This document shows, piece by piece, positions 50,199-60,054 of a DNA stretch of 64,000 nucleotides (positions are counted from its first letter, which is position 1; every line of letters begins with the position of its first letter). The notes beneath the pieces were generated by a model, which did not search any database, was not told the origin of the DNA, and saw only the letters and a list, made by a program, of their open reading frames with translations. A program made the position numbers and the translations under genes. This stretch comes from Nitrosopumilus sp. (GTDB taxonomy: Archaea > Thermoproteota > Nitrososphaeria > Nitrososphaerales > Nitrosopumilaceae): NCBI GenBank assembly GCA_965204345.1, contig OZ241981.1, positions 704,001 to 768,000 on the forward strand. Reading direction: 5' to 3'.

Positions 50199-50227
50199 TT
50201 GGTTAGTTTGTAATCACCTAATTATTA

Positions 50228-50252
50228 ATAGTACGGTACCATACCGTACTAT
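50228..50252. promoter_or_regulatory. Perfect inverted repeat, candidate operator
   Basis: ATAGTACGGTA-CCA-TACCGTACTAT directly abutting the ATG at 50253. Confidence 0.65.
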
Positions 50253-50360
50253 ATGATTCAATGCGAATACTGTCCACGAGGGTTTATTGAAACAGCAAAC
50301 GGTTTGGCCGAAAAGACTTTTCATGAGTTGCTTCACGAACCAGAAGTTGTAAACAAGTAA
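50253..50360 (+). CDS. 35-aa C2H2-like zinc-finger microprotein
   Basis: MIQCEYCPRGFIETANGLAEKTFHELLHEPEVVNK*. Confidence 0.65.
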   Translation: MIQCEYCPRGFIETANGLAEKTFHELLHEPEVVNK

Positions 50361-50421
50361 CTCTTTACATTTTTTATTTTACACCCAACTTTTTTATTTC
50401 CAAATTTTTCACTAGATTTAC

Positions 50422-52002
50422 ATGGCTGCCAAAACTAGAAAAAAAACGCCGGCAAAAAGGATTGTAAAAAAAGCATCGAGTCTTCCTCGACATCTGCCCC
50501 ATAGGATTGCAAAAAAAGAGCCGGCAAAAAGGATTGTAAAAAAAGAGCCATCACCATCAGTATTACTAAAAAAGGTTGCATCAGTTTCAGATTCCAACAA
50601 GGCACTACAAAAAGAGATCAAGGTAATGTCAAAAATTTTTGGCGAAAATCAAAAGGTATTGCTCTCAATGAAGGGCATGATTGATACCCTGACATTGGCA
50701 TTAGAGCACATTCAAAAGCAGTCAAAACAGATCAACATCATAGAAGATGATACCCAAAAACTGTATGCAGGATTAAACCAGGTCAGGACACAGTCAAACC
50801 TAGTTGATAAAATCAACGGACAGACTGCAAGACTAGAAAAAGAGATCACCAGGATTTCAGAATCCCAAAAGGCATCAAAGTCAAAGGAATTGTCCGAGCA
50901 GGTAGAGGACAGCATGAACTCAATTAAAAACAATTCCCAGATGATTATTAAAATTGCACAGAGAATTGACGAGGTAAGAGATGATCTGCGAAAAGTGTCA
51001 GGCAAGACAGAGTCATTTTTGGAGATCGGCTCTGAGATTGACAATCTAAAAAATAACATAGAAGAGATTTCAGGCAAGACTGACAAGATAGAGACAGGCT
51101 CTCAGATCATTAAGAGTCTCAAAGAAGAGTTTGGCAGAATTATAGACGGGGTATCAGACACCTCAAATATTAATGCGGAACTGGATTCGATCAAAATTAC
51201 AATTGATTCAATATCTGCAAAGGCATCAAAGATAGACTCGCTAGGAGGAATAATTGAGGGCCTAAAGCAGCAGTTTAACACCATAGCATCAAGGGCAGGT
51301 TCAGCAGATAATTTGAGCCTAGAATCAATCAAGGAATTGGGAGGCAAGATTGACAAGATAGAGACAGAGATTAGAGTCCTCTCACAAAGGGCAGACTCTA
51401 CAGCATTTGTAGGGGAGGGACTCAAATCAGTCCAGGAAGAATTTTCTAATTTCAAGCAAAATGTATTTGATAAGACAGACAGCATTGAGCAAAAGATATC
51501 CTCAGTCTCAGACACGCTAAAAAGACAGGACGAGTCAGCAGGGGAATTTCATAAAAAATCCGAAAAGTTGTTTGATGAACTGCAGTCAGTCAAGAATTTT
51601 ACAAGCAAGGCATCTAGTGACTCATCAAAAGAGATGATGGCCCTGCTAAAACTTTCAGAATACCAGTCAAACATCAGAATGAGCACAGAATCAAAATACG
51701 GAACCACAAAGGATATTGAAAAGATGGCATCACAGACAGCAGACATTGTCAATCTGTTTGATAGAATTTCCATTGAATCAGGAGAAAAGATGCCACTGCC
51801 CCATGAAGTAAGACAGTGGGCAGTAAGCAAGATTCTTGATTGTGCAGACAGGTGGGAGGTCAGGTTCAGCGAGGTTTATTCGGTTTTGGAGAGTGCCATA
51901 GGAAGAGACATGCTAAAAGAATCAGTTAGAATTCAGCAAGTAAGAGACATTTATGGAATCAGGGCAGTAGACGAAATTAGAAAAGACTTGAACATCCCCT
52001 AG
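50422..52002 (+). CDS. Long coiled-coil protein with a Lys-rich N-terminus
   Basis: 526 aa, heptad-rich; duplicated PAKRIVKK. Confidence 0.8.
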   Translation: MAAKTRKKTPAKRIVKKASSLPRHLPHRIAKKEPAKRIVKKEPSPSVLLKKVASVSDSNKALQKEIKVMSKIFGENQKVLLSMKGMIDTLTLALEHIQKQSKQINIIEDDTQKLYAGLNQVRTQSNLVDKINGQTARLEKEITRISESQKASKSKELSEQVEDSMNSIKNNSQMIIKIAQRIDEVRDDLRKVSGKTESFLEIGSEIDNLKNNIEEISGKTDKIETGSQIIKSLKEEFGRIIDGVSDTSNINAELDSIKITIDSISAKASKIDSLGGIIEGLKQQFNTIASRAGSADNLSLESIKELGGKIDKIETEIRVLSQRADSTAFVGEGLKSVQEEFSNFKQNVFDKTDSIEQKISSVSDTLKRQDESAGEFHKKSEKLFDELQSVKNFTSKASSDSSKEMMALLKLSEYQSNIRMSTESKYGTTKDIEKMASQTADIVNLFDRISIESGEKMPLPHEVRQWAVSKILDCADRWEVRFSEVYSVLESAIGRDMLKESVRIQQVRDIYGIRAVDEIRKDLNIP

Positions 52003-52694
52003 ATTCCCAACTCGTCTTCCTTTTGCAGCTGCTCCTTCTTTCGTTTTAATATAATGAAGATTCCAATGACTGCGCCAATCCAGATAACACTGAACATCAT
52101 GTTTGCAGGACTGACATACATGTAGGGAGTCGCATCCATGATGTTAGTCTTTAGCAGCGATGCGCGGTTGTTCATATCAAGCATTCCGGTATGATATGCA
52201 GAGTTGTCTTTTGAGATAGAGGAGATCTCATCTAGACCGGCAAACATGGCATCTATATTATTTTGAATTCTAAGAAAATTTGTAGACTCTGTGCTAAATA
52301 TCCAAACGGGGTTTTTAGAGATGACCTTGCCATCATCAAGGGTTTCAGGAAGGTTTGCCATTACCAGGTCCAAGTCGGCCTGGATTGCCACTAGGTGCTC
52401 ACGAATAACGGCCGGGTCAGAGGAGGATACAATCCCGTCAAGATTTCCCCGAATTCTATCCAAGGGATAGATATCCGTATTGTAGCCTGAGATTGCCATA
52501 TAGCCGCCAAAGATAACTATAGATACAATCCCGACTATTGCAAGCTTGTAAACATTCTCAGACATTGTTGTTTTACCACCAACGTCATTAGTTGCATTAT
52601 TTGAAGCTAGTCTTGATTTTGCAGTCACTGCAATAATACCAACTATTGCAATAGCCAATACTGCCATTGCAATTGTACCAAATTCAGGCATCAA
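51999..52694 (-). CDS. Chimeric membrane protein: N-terminal PEFG-CTERM-like segment fused to a duplicate of the GT2 C-terminal domain
   Basis: Starts MMPEFGTIAMAVLAIAIVGIIAVTAKSRL; the remainder (VYKLA...LKRKKE) is collinear with the last ~190 aa of 52755-54839. Confidence 0.75.
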   Translation of the reverse strand: MMPEFGTIAMAVLAIAIVGIIAVTAKSRLASNNATNDVGGKTTMSENVYKLAIVGIVSIVIFGGYMAISGYNTDIYPLDRIRGNLDGIVSSSDPAVIREHLVAIQADLDLVMANLPETLDDGKVISKNPVWIFSTESTNFLRIQNNIDAMFAGLDEISSISKDNSAYHTGMLDMNNRASLLKTNIMDATPYMYVSPANMMFSVIWIGAVIGIFIILKRKKEQLQKEDELGI

Positions 52695-52754
52695 AGAAGA
52701 TACCCACTAGATACATAAAAATTCAGTGGAATTTCTAAAAAATATAATCTGCCA

Positions 52755-54839
52755 CTAGTTTGCCCGTAAGGAAACACTGTCAGTCATGTCGATTTTTTTG
52801 AGATTTTCTTTCTTTCGCTTTAGCACTGCAAATATCCCAATGATTGTAGCAACCCAGATAACACTGGATGCCATGTTTGCCGGACTGATATACATGTGAG
52901 GAGTTGCATCCATGATGTTAGTCTGTATCAAAAATGCCCTGCCTTTAATATCGAGCATTCCCGTATGATGTGCAGGATTATCACTGGGTATTGATGAGAC
53001 ATAATCAACATCTGCAAACAGTGCATCAATGTTGTTGTGAATTCGAAGCAGATTGGTAGACTCTGTCCCAAATAACCAGACGGGATTTTTGGCAACAACA
53101 TTGCCGCCTTTATCAAAAGTTTCAGGAAGGTTTGCCATTACCAGGTCCAAGTCGGCCTGGATTGCCACTAGGTGCTCACGAATAACGGCCGGGTCAGAGG
53201 AGGCCCTAACACCATCCAGGTTTCCCCGAATTCTATCCAGGGGATAGATATCCGTATTGTAGCCTGAGACTGCCATATAGCCGCCAAAGATAACTATAGA
53301 TATAATCCCAAATACTGCAAGCTTGTAAACTTTGTTTGCAGTTTTCTCTTTTTTTGTGAGGGGTATGGTATTTTTTGATCTGTTTCTTTTAAATCTCGTA
53401 TGAGACAAGCTCATGTAGGCAATATAAAAAAATCCAAGAGTTTGTAAAAAGATTATTGGTACAAAGACCGGATTGTTTGAGAATATGGAAATAAAAATAC
53501 CTACAATTCCATAGACGCCAAAAAAGATTTCCAAGAGAGTGGTTTGGGTAAAGGGCAAATTGTATGCCTTGTTTCTCCAGTCATCACTTTTTGTTATAAT
53601 TCCATACTTTGGAGTCCTAAGAAACTCATTTTTCTTGCCAAGAACGGCATCAAAGACTGCCACGGTATTGTTAACTGACATGCCAGCATTGTACACCAGC
53701 AATGCAGGAAGCAGCTTGGCCTTTGACTTCCAGGACTTTCCATACATGCTTTGGATGATTAGCATGTAAGCGCCAGGTCCCATTGCAAGGTATGTTGCAA
53801 TGGTTAGTGCGGGAAGAAAGCTCACCACGTACAGGTTGATTTGTCCTGCCAGCAAAACAGGCAATGCCAGAAACTGAATTAGCATCAAAGGATAAACAAT
53901 GTGGCGGGTAAGCTGTATAAACGCCTGAATTTTAGCCTCAATTGCAACCCTTTTTTTCAGGACAACGTCTGAGAGCAGTTTTACGGCGCACTGAATGGAG
54001 CCCTTGGCCCAGCGAAATTGCTGCCTTTTGGCCGCGTTCATTTGCGCAGGCAGTTCTGCATCAACTACAATGTCAGGCAAAAACACGCATTTCCATCCCT
54101 TCATTTGTGCCCGATAGCTCAAGTCAAGATCCTCCACAAGGGTGGCAGTGTGCCATCCCCCGGAACTTTCAATGCAGTTGCGCCTCCAAATTCCGGCAGT
54201 GCCATTAAAGTTCATAAACAGATGAGAGTTGCTTTTTGCCTTTTGCTCTACAAGAAAATGAAAGTCAAGGCTGAGTGCCTGCACCTGGGTGATGGCAGAA
54301 TAGTTTTCATTTACATGTCCCCAGCGGCATTGGACCAGCCCAATATCTGATCTTGAAAAGTGCGGTATTGCCCGCTTGAGAAACCAGGCAGGAGGGATAA
54401 AGTCAGCATCAAATATTGCAACAAGGTCCGTATCAGTGGTCTTCATTGCGTGTTTTAGCGCACCTGCCTTGTATCCTTTTCTTGTCCCGCGCCTTACATG
54501 CTCAATTTGAAATCCCTGAGCTTTGTAATCATCAACGACATTTTGGAGCACCTCAACAGTATCATCATCAGAATCATCACAGACCATTATTCGCATCTTG
54601 TCCTTGGGATAGTCCAAGTTACAGACGGCATCCACGAGTCTCTTTGCGACATATTTTTCATTGTATATTGGCAGCTGAATGGTAACTGACGGCGTGCCCC
54701 AATCAACAGCATCAGGTGTGGGTCTTCTTACTCTAGAAAGAAATGCAAGGTAGTAAAAATTGCAAGTATAGGCAGTAATTATGATTGCCGATAAAATAAA
54801 TATATCAAATACGACTGAGGTGAAAGGATTAATTGCCAT
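52755..54839 (-). CDS. GT2 processive glycosyltransferase (cellulose synthase-like)
   Basis: QLPIYNE, DDSDD, KAGAL, FDADF, VEDLD, QQFRW. Confidence 0.93.
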   Translation of the reverse strand: MAINPFTSVVFDIFILSAIIITAYTCNFYYLAFLSRVRRPTPDAVDWGTPSVTIQLPIYNEKYVAKRLVDAVCNLDYPKDKMRIMVCDDSDDDTVEVLQNVVDDYKAQGFQIEHVRRGTRKGYKAGALKHAMKTTDTDLVAIFDADFIPPAWFLKRAIPHFSRSDIGLVQCRWGHVNENYSAITQVQALSLDFHFLVEQKAKSNSHLFMNFNGTAGIWRRNCIESSGGWHTATLVEDLDLSYRAQMKGWKCVFLPDIVVDAELPAQMNAAKRQQFRWAKGSIQCAVKLLSDVVLKKRVAIEAKIQAFIQLTRHIVYPLMLIQFLALPVLLAGQINLYVVSFLPALTIATYLAMGPGAYMLIIQSMYGKSWKSKAKLLPALLVYNAGMSVNNTVAVFDAVLGKKNEFLRTPKYGIITKSDDWRNKAYNLPFTQTTLLEIFFGVYGIVGIFISIFSNNPVFVPIIFLQTLGFFYIAYMSLSHTRFKRNRSKNTIPLTKKEKTANKVYKLAVFGIISIVIFGGYMAVSGYNTDIYPLDRIRGNLDGVRASSDPAVIREHLVAIQADLDLVMANLPETFDKGGNVVAKNPVWLFGTESTNLLRIHNNIDALFADVDYVSSIPSDNPAHHTGMLDIKGRAFLIQTNIMDATPHMYISPANMASSVIWVATIIGIFAVLKRKKENLKKIDMTDSVSLRAN

Positions 54840-54891
54840 CCCTAATTTCAGAGAATCACTAGTCGGTATTTATACTTGTAAAGCATGGAGG

Positions 54892-55842
54892 CTATTTCTG
54901 TTCATAAATCTTGATTGCCTGTGGAGGGCAGACGCCTTCGCATGCAAGACAGAAGATACAGTCAGGTTCTTTTGACATTAGCGGTTTCTTTTCAGACGCG
55001 GGATTGCCAGGACTCTCAAACCACTCGTATACGCCCACAGGACAGGCCTCAAGACATCCGCCATCTGCAACACAGATATCATAATCTACTGAAACAAACT
55101 CACCCCATACGCCCATGATGTGATTGCTCGTGCCTTTTCTGCCCCAGGTCTTGATGGTATGTTCTGGCGCATCATAGGGGGATGACGGTTTTAGTTTTGA
55201 CTTGTATTCAACGTCAATGGGGCCAGGTTTTGCGCCATCAGGAATTTCAATGGAGCCATCATCTTCCTCTTCGGCATCATCGTCTGCTGCCTCAACGGGC
55301 TTTGGCTTTGCGCCAAGAACAATCTTTGCAAGTGGAGTTAATTCTTCTAATTTTTGAATGGCTGCAATTTCAGATATTTTTTCAGCTTTGGCAAAATAAG
55401 AGATCATTTTATCGGCCAAGATGGTGTTTCGCAGGATTGTATCAATAACCATTTTGGCAAAATGGTCTGCCTTTTTTCTATAGTCTTTAACCCAGTTTGG
55501 ATCACCGAATTTTTCAATTGGAAAGATTTGATAGATAATATCTACAACTTCGCCTGTAACAATTTCTACTGTGACAGAGAGGTCGACCTCCTCATATCCC
55601 TTTGCATCAGGATCATCCATGTTTTGCTCCTTCCAGCGATATGTTGCAAAAATTCTATCGGCATACATGTCCATCTCAAAGGCTTTTTTGAGGCCATCGT
55701 GTACGGATTTGAGCTCGACTGCCTCCTCTAGCTTGATTGGCAATCTGTAAAGCCCAAGCTTGAACCCATGCAATGGATAGACGCCGCGCTTTGCTGTTGG
55801 GGCCTCCATTGACCATACCCGATCTTTGAGAAGTAATGACAT
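54892..55842 (-). CDS. 4Fe-4S dicluster ferredoxin-domain protein
   Basis: CVADGGCLEACP and CIFCLACEGVCP at the C-terminus. Confidence 0.9.
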   Translation of the reverse strand: MSLLLKDRVWSMEAPTAKRGVYPLHGFKLGLYRLPIKLEEAVELKSVHDGLKKAFEMDMYADRIFATYRWKEQNMDDPDAKGYEEVDLSVTVEIVTGEVVDIIYQIFPIEKFGDPNWVKDYRKKADHFAKMVIDTILRNTILADKMISYFAKAEKISEIAAIQKLEELTPLAKIVLGAKPKPVEAADDDAEEEDDGSIEIPDGAKPGPIDVEYKSKLKPSSPYDAPEHTIKTWGRKGTSNHIMGVWGEFVSVDYDICVADGGCLEACPVGVYEWFESPGNPASEKKPLMSKEPDCIFCLACEGVCPPQAIKIYEQK

Positions 55843-55878
55843 CTGGTCTTTCTAATTTTATTTTATTTAAAAAGGTTA

Positions 55879-56190
55879 TCAGTCATCATCATCAGGGCAG
55901 GTCAGCTCTCGCAGTTTGACGTATCTTTTTTCCATTGCCTCAGCATGAGCCAGTACCTGGGATAATTCGTAGGATTCCTTGGGAAAATACCAGCGAATGG
56001 GAACCCAATGACCTATGCCATCCATGTCATGGATCATGCCCTTGTCAGCCTTGACGTTAATTTTTTCATCAACTGATGTCTCTTTGACTGCAAGACCGCG
56101 TTTTGTTTTGTCCTCCATTATGATCTCAGCGCCCCCATCCTTGAGGAAATAAAAAGATCCTTTCTGAAGAACGGGAAGATCCAAGAGCAA
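55879..56190 (-). CDS. Hypothetical protein coupled to the sulfurtransferase
   Basis: 103 aa, 1 bp downstream of the rhodanese gene. Confidence 0.75.
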   Translation of the reverse strand: MLLDLPVLQKGSFYFLKDGGAEIIMEDKTKRGLAVKETSVDEKINVKADKGMIHDMDGIGHWVPIRWYFPKESYELSQVLAHAEAMEKRYVKLRELTCPDDDD

Positions 56191-56191
56191 T

Positions 56192-57037
56192 TTATTTTTC
56201 CACAGGATTTCCTATCATATTTCCCCACTCAGTCCAGGACCCGTCATAGTTTCGAACCCTTGGATATCCAAGCAAATATTTTAGTACAAACCAACTGTGT
56301 GAGGAGCGCTCTCCAATCCTGCAATAACAGATTACGTCCTTGTCAGGGGTAACGCCCTTTGGCTCATAGTTTTGTTTTAGTTCCTCAACAGCCTTGAATG
56401 TTCCATCTGCATCATTGACGGCAGTAGCCCAGGGAATATTGTTTGCATCAGGAATGTGCCCGCCCCTTTGTGCGTGCTCCATTGGATATTCTGGAGGTGC
56501 AGTAATTTGACCAGTAAACTCCCCAGGGGACCTTACATCAACCATTACAGTGTCTTCCTTGCCTATCCCCCTACTGACATCAAACAGATACGCACGCAGT
56601 CCCTCATCTGGAGGCTGTGCAACATAGACAGTGGAGGATACCTGTGGCTCGTCAGTGGTATAGTCCTTGTTTTCCAGCTCCCATTTTTTTCTACCACCGT
56701 TCATAATCTTTAGATTTTCATGGCCGTAAATTTTAAAGACCCAAAAAACAAAGGCGGCAAACCAATTGTTAAAATCGCCATAAAGGATGACCTCAGTATC
56801 TGCCGTAATTCCGTTTTTTGACATTAGGGCCTCAAATTCCTTTTTGCTAATGATGTCCCTTCTAACAGGGTCATTGATGTCACGCTTCCACCAGATTAGG
56901 CTGGCGCCATTGATGTGGCCCTTTTGATATCCGTTGACAGGATCATAGTCAACCTCAACTAATCTTCTGTTCTCATTGGGAGGATTTTCAGATACCCATT
57001 GAGTATCAACTAATACCTCGGGATGTGCGTAACTCAT
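56192..57037 (-). CDS. Thiosulfate sulfurtransferase (tandem rhodanese)
   Basis: GHI.GA, DVRS..EF.G, YCRIGERS, YDGSWTEW. Confidence 0.95.
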   Translation of the reverse strand: MSYAHPEVLVDTQWVSENPPNENRRLVEVDYDPVNGYQKGHINGASLIWWKRDINDPVRRDIISKKEFEALMSKNGITADTEVILYGDFNNWFAAFVFWVFKIYGHENLKIMNGGRKKWELENKDYTTDEPQVSSTVYVAQPPDEGLRAYLFDVSRGIGKEDTVMVDVRSPGEFTGQITAPPEYPMEHAQRGGHIPDANNIPWATAVNDADGTFKAVEELKQNYEPKGVTPDKDVICYCRIGERSSHSWFVLKYLLGYPRVRNYDGSWTEWGNMIGNPVEK

Positions 57038-57128
57038 GTCTTTTACGGATTTGTTTTCATACTTAATTGTTTTTCCAACGAACCTGAAAAATATCATTTT
57101 TATGTATATAGCATTTCAGAAGAACTGC

Positions 57129-57944
57129 TTGAAATTACAAAAAGTGGCAGTGGTAAGCAAGGTAGGGTCCAAGGACTCAGAGCAAGTTGCAAAGGAGGTC
57201 ACAAAAAAGCTTCTGGCAAAAAAATCAACGGTTTTTACAATTTCTCCGATTCAGGTTGAGGGTGCAACAGAGATAGACACCTTGGAGGAACTAAAGAAGG
57301 AAAGACTGGATCTGGTAATTACGCTGGGAGGAGACGGAACGACACTCAGAGTTTTTAGGAACCTAGAAAATGAAACCCCGATTCTGACTATAAACGTGGG
57401 AGGAAACAGGGGCATCCTAGCGGAAATTACAATTGAGGAGATTGATGATGCAATTGAGCAGATTTTAAAGGATAATTTCTTTTTGGATAAGAGAACAAGG
57501 GTAGTTGCATCCTGCGAGGGAAGAGAGTTTCCTCCGGCACTAAATGAAATTTACATTTCAAGGACAAACCTGACCAAGACTGCCGAGATTAAGATCAAGT
57601 TTCAGGACGATACTGTAAAACAGAAAATGGACGGAGTGATAATTGCAACCCCCAGCGGTTCCACGGGCCACTCTTTCTCACTGGGCGGGCCAATTTTGCA
57701 TGAGAGCTTAGACGTGCTAATTATCACGCCAGTTGCGCCAGTCTACAGATTGGCGTCACTGATTGTTCCAGATGAAAAAATTGAGATTGTCTGCTCGCAT
57801 GATTGCAACATTGCAATGGATGCCCAAGTTGTAAAAACAGTGGGATATGAAGAGCCAGTTACCATTAAGAAATACAAAAAACCGGCAGTCTTTCTGAGAT
57901 TAAAGAAGAGAGGGCTAAGGCAAATGAGCAAGCTTGGATTTTAG
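57129..57944 (+). CDS. nadK: NAD kinase
   Basis: GGDGT, ALNE, DG.I.ATP.GST..S.S.GG; likely TTG start at 57129. Confidence 0.93.
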   Translation: MKLQKVAVVSKVGSKDSEQVAKEVTKKLLAKKSTVFTISPIQVEGATEIDTLEELKKERLDLVITLGGDGTTLRVFRNLENETPILTINVGGNRGILAEITIEEIDDAIEQILKDNFFLDKRTRVVASCEGREFPPALNEIYISRTNLTKTAEIKIKFQDDTVKQKMDGVIIATPSGSTGHSFSLGGPILHESLDVLIITPVAPVYRLASLIVPDEKIEIVCSHDCNIAMDAQVVKTVGYEEPVTIKKYKKPAVFLRLKKRGLRQMSKLGF

Positions 57945-58413
57945 GATTTTAGATGCTAGTGCATTTTATGCAGGGGTTCCATTTAGATCATCAGAGGACT
58001 GTTATACAACGTCGTTAGTTTATGACGAGATAAAGCACATTAAAAAAAATCATGATGCCTTGGGAACACTGCTTGAGACAAACAGGCTAAAAATCAGAGA
58101 GCCGGACTTGGAGTCAACAAAAAATGCAATAAAGGCATCCAAAGACACGGGGGACTATCCACAACTCTCAAAGCAGGACATTTCAATTATTGCACTGTGC
58201 ATAGAACTCAAGGGCCAGATAATCAGTGATGATTTTGCAATCTCAAATGTTGCCAAAAACTTGGGTCTGAAGATCTTGCCAATTATGACCAGGGGTATCA
58301 GAGATGTTGGAAGATGGATTCACTACTGTCCAGGGTGCAAAACCAGCCACAAAATAGGAAAAGAGTGTCCAATGTGCGGAACACCACTGAAAAGAAAACT
58401 GCTCCTCAAGTGA
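57934..58413 (+). CDS. nob1: Nob1-family PIN endonuclease
   Basis: ILDASAF, LS..D, SDDF, C-terminal CPGC/CPMCG. Confidence 0.9.
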   Translation: MDFRILDASAFYAGVPFRSSEDCYTTSLVYDEIKHIKKNHDALGTLLETNRLKIREPDLESTKNAIKASKDTGDYPQLSKQDISIIALCIELKGQIISDDFAISNVAKNLGLKILPIMTRGIRDVGRWIHYCPGCKTSHKIGKECPMCGTPLKRKLLLK

Positions 58414-58443
58414 GAATTATTCTTAAATTACCAATGTGGATTT

Positions 58444-59130
58444 TTATGAATCATGCAAGGTTTTTTGGTTTGAGGCCTTGAGAAACTTGCTTCTGGTATC
58501 CAGGGCTTTTTTAATTTTTTTGGCACGGGCATCACCTAATCCCTCAACCTTTGATAGCTCAGCAGCAGTGGCACTGAAAACACTCAGTGGAGTTCCAAAC
58601 TTTGTTAGCATGCGGACTGCAAATTTTTCCCCAACTCCAGGCAGGCTGCAAAGAATTGAGAGCTGCTGCTTTTGTAGATCGGAGGATTTTTTGATCTTTT
58701 TTAGAAACGGCCCCTTTGCAGTATTCTTTCTAGAACACATTGACACCAAAAGCTTGGCAGTATGAGCTGCACTAGGAGTCGGGATTACAGGAATTTTAAA
58801 GTCAAGCACGACAGTTGATATGGCACCATAAAAAACCAGGGGATTTTCAGTTATTTCCTCAATTTCATCAACGTTGCCTTCCATCAGTACGACTGGGTGC
58901 TCAAAATGCTCCCTGAGCCTAGAGCACTGATCAAAAAGCCTACCGTCAAAAACAGAAGCCATAAGATCACGGATGCTTTTTCTCTCAACAACAGTTTCAG
59001 GCGCAACAATATAGTCACCGATGGGAAGTGTTTTCATCTCAATGTTCATTCCAATGGACTTGAGCAGTCCTGGAATTCCGCTTTTTTGTTCCCGTTCATC
59101 TACAACAATTCGAAGATTTTTTAGTGTCAT
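58444..59130 (-). CDS. xpf: XPF/ERCC4 structure-specific nuclease
   Basis: VDERE, GDY, VERKS..D; HhH motifs LPGVG and VEGLG. Confidence 0.92.
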   Translation of the reverse strand: MTLKNLRIVVDEREQKSGIPGLLKSIGMNIEMKTLPIGDYIVAPETVVERKSIRDLMASVFDGRLFDQCSRLREHFEHPVVLMEGNVDEIEEITENPLVFYGAISTVVLDFKIPVIPTPSAAHTAKLLVSMCSRKNTAKGPFLKKIKKSSDLQKQQLSILCSLPGVGEKFAVRMLTKFGTPLSVFSATAAELSKVEGLGDARAKKIKKALDTRSKFLKASNQKTLHDS

Positions 59131-59180
59131 AGTATCACCTGGAATGAATTGTTAATATCTTGTATGAAGCAAGCGTAGGA

Positions 59181-59588
59181 TTATTTTCGGGGATTGTCTT
59201 GCACAGAAGGAGTTGAACTTGGAGGGGGGGCATTTGCAGAACCGCCCTTCATCATTTCAGTAATCTTGGTCTCTTGTTCTTTGAGGGTCTCTTTAAGACG
59301 TGTCTCTTGTTTTTGAAGAACGACTGCGCGCGTCTTTGTCATCTCTATTCTCTCCTCTAACTCGTCAATCAGGTCCTGTTTTTTGGACTTGATTAAGACA
59401 ATGCCGGATTGCTTGAATACGGCATCACCGTCGGCGACTTTTCTTAACTCCTCAAGGGCTTTCTCAGTCTCTGCCTTTTCAACGTCAAGATGCTGCTTCT
59501 GAGTCATGACAGACTGGAGATTCTGCTGGGATTGCTGCAGTTTCATTATCTGCTCCTGAAGCCATGGCGGCATCTGTCCTGTTGACAT
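59181..59588 (-). CDS. pfdB: Prefoldin subunit beta
   Basis: Coiled coil with the VFKQSG.VLI hairpin; exosome superoperon context. Confidence 0.92.
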   Translation of the reverse strand: MSTGQMPPWLQEQIMKLQQSQQNLQSVMTQKQHLDVEKAETEKALEELRKVADGDAVFKQSGIVLIKSKKQDLIDELEERIEMTKTRAVVLQKQETRLKETLKEQETKITEMMKGGSANAPPPSSTPSVQDNPRK

Positions 59589-59611
59589 GTTTTATCAAAA
59601 GGTTTGTTTCA

Positions 59612-59857
59612 TTATATCTTTACCGATTCAATGGAATCATAGCTGGCCTGGACTAATCGAAGAGTGGAATTCAAGTTTGCCCTTAGGTGTGGCAGCTGTT
59701 CAGTCTCTACATGAATGGTAATTTTTTCCTTGAGTCTTATCCGGGTTTTTACAGGATTTTCCGGATAAAATTTATTGTCAATGCTTAGAGAATCATAGAT
59801 TGCAAGGGTCTTGTCTTTTGCATCAACTGTAATTTTTGCGCTAAAGCTTAATGTCAT
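59612..59857 (-). CDS. pcc1: KEOPS subunit Pcc1
   Basis: LRA.LNS.LRL motif; between rpl37ae and pfdB. Confidence 0.85.
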   Translation of the reverse strand: MTLSFSAKITVDAKDKTLAIYDSLSIDNKFYPENPVKTRIRLKEKITIHVETEQLPHLRANLNSTLRLVQASYDSIESVKI

Positions 59858-60053
59858 ATGCTGTTCCAGCAACTTTATAGGCGCATTTTTTGCAAGACCA
59901 GATTCCTACTGCATCGCGGCCAAAGGTTTGGGAGCCGCACTGGGGGCATGTTCTCTTTTCTTTTAGCTGAAGGTGAATCTTTGTATATTGCTTTCTAAGC
60001 TTGATTCCATAACGAGCGCCCAGTCCCTTGAGTGATTTTTTTGCTTTTGCCAT
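59841..60053 (-). CDS. rpl37ae: 50S ribosomal protein L37ae
   Basis: GARYG..LRK, CPQC, GIWSCKKC. Confidence 0.95.
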   Translation of the reverse strand: MAKAKKSLKGLGARYGIKLRKQYTKIHLQLKEKRTCPQCGSQTFGRDAVGIWSCKKCAYKVAGTAYDIKL

Positions 60054-60054
60054 T

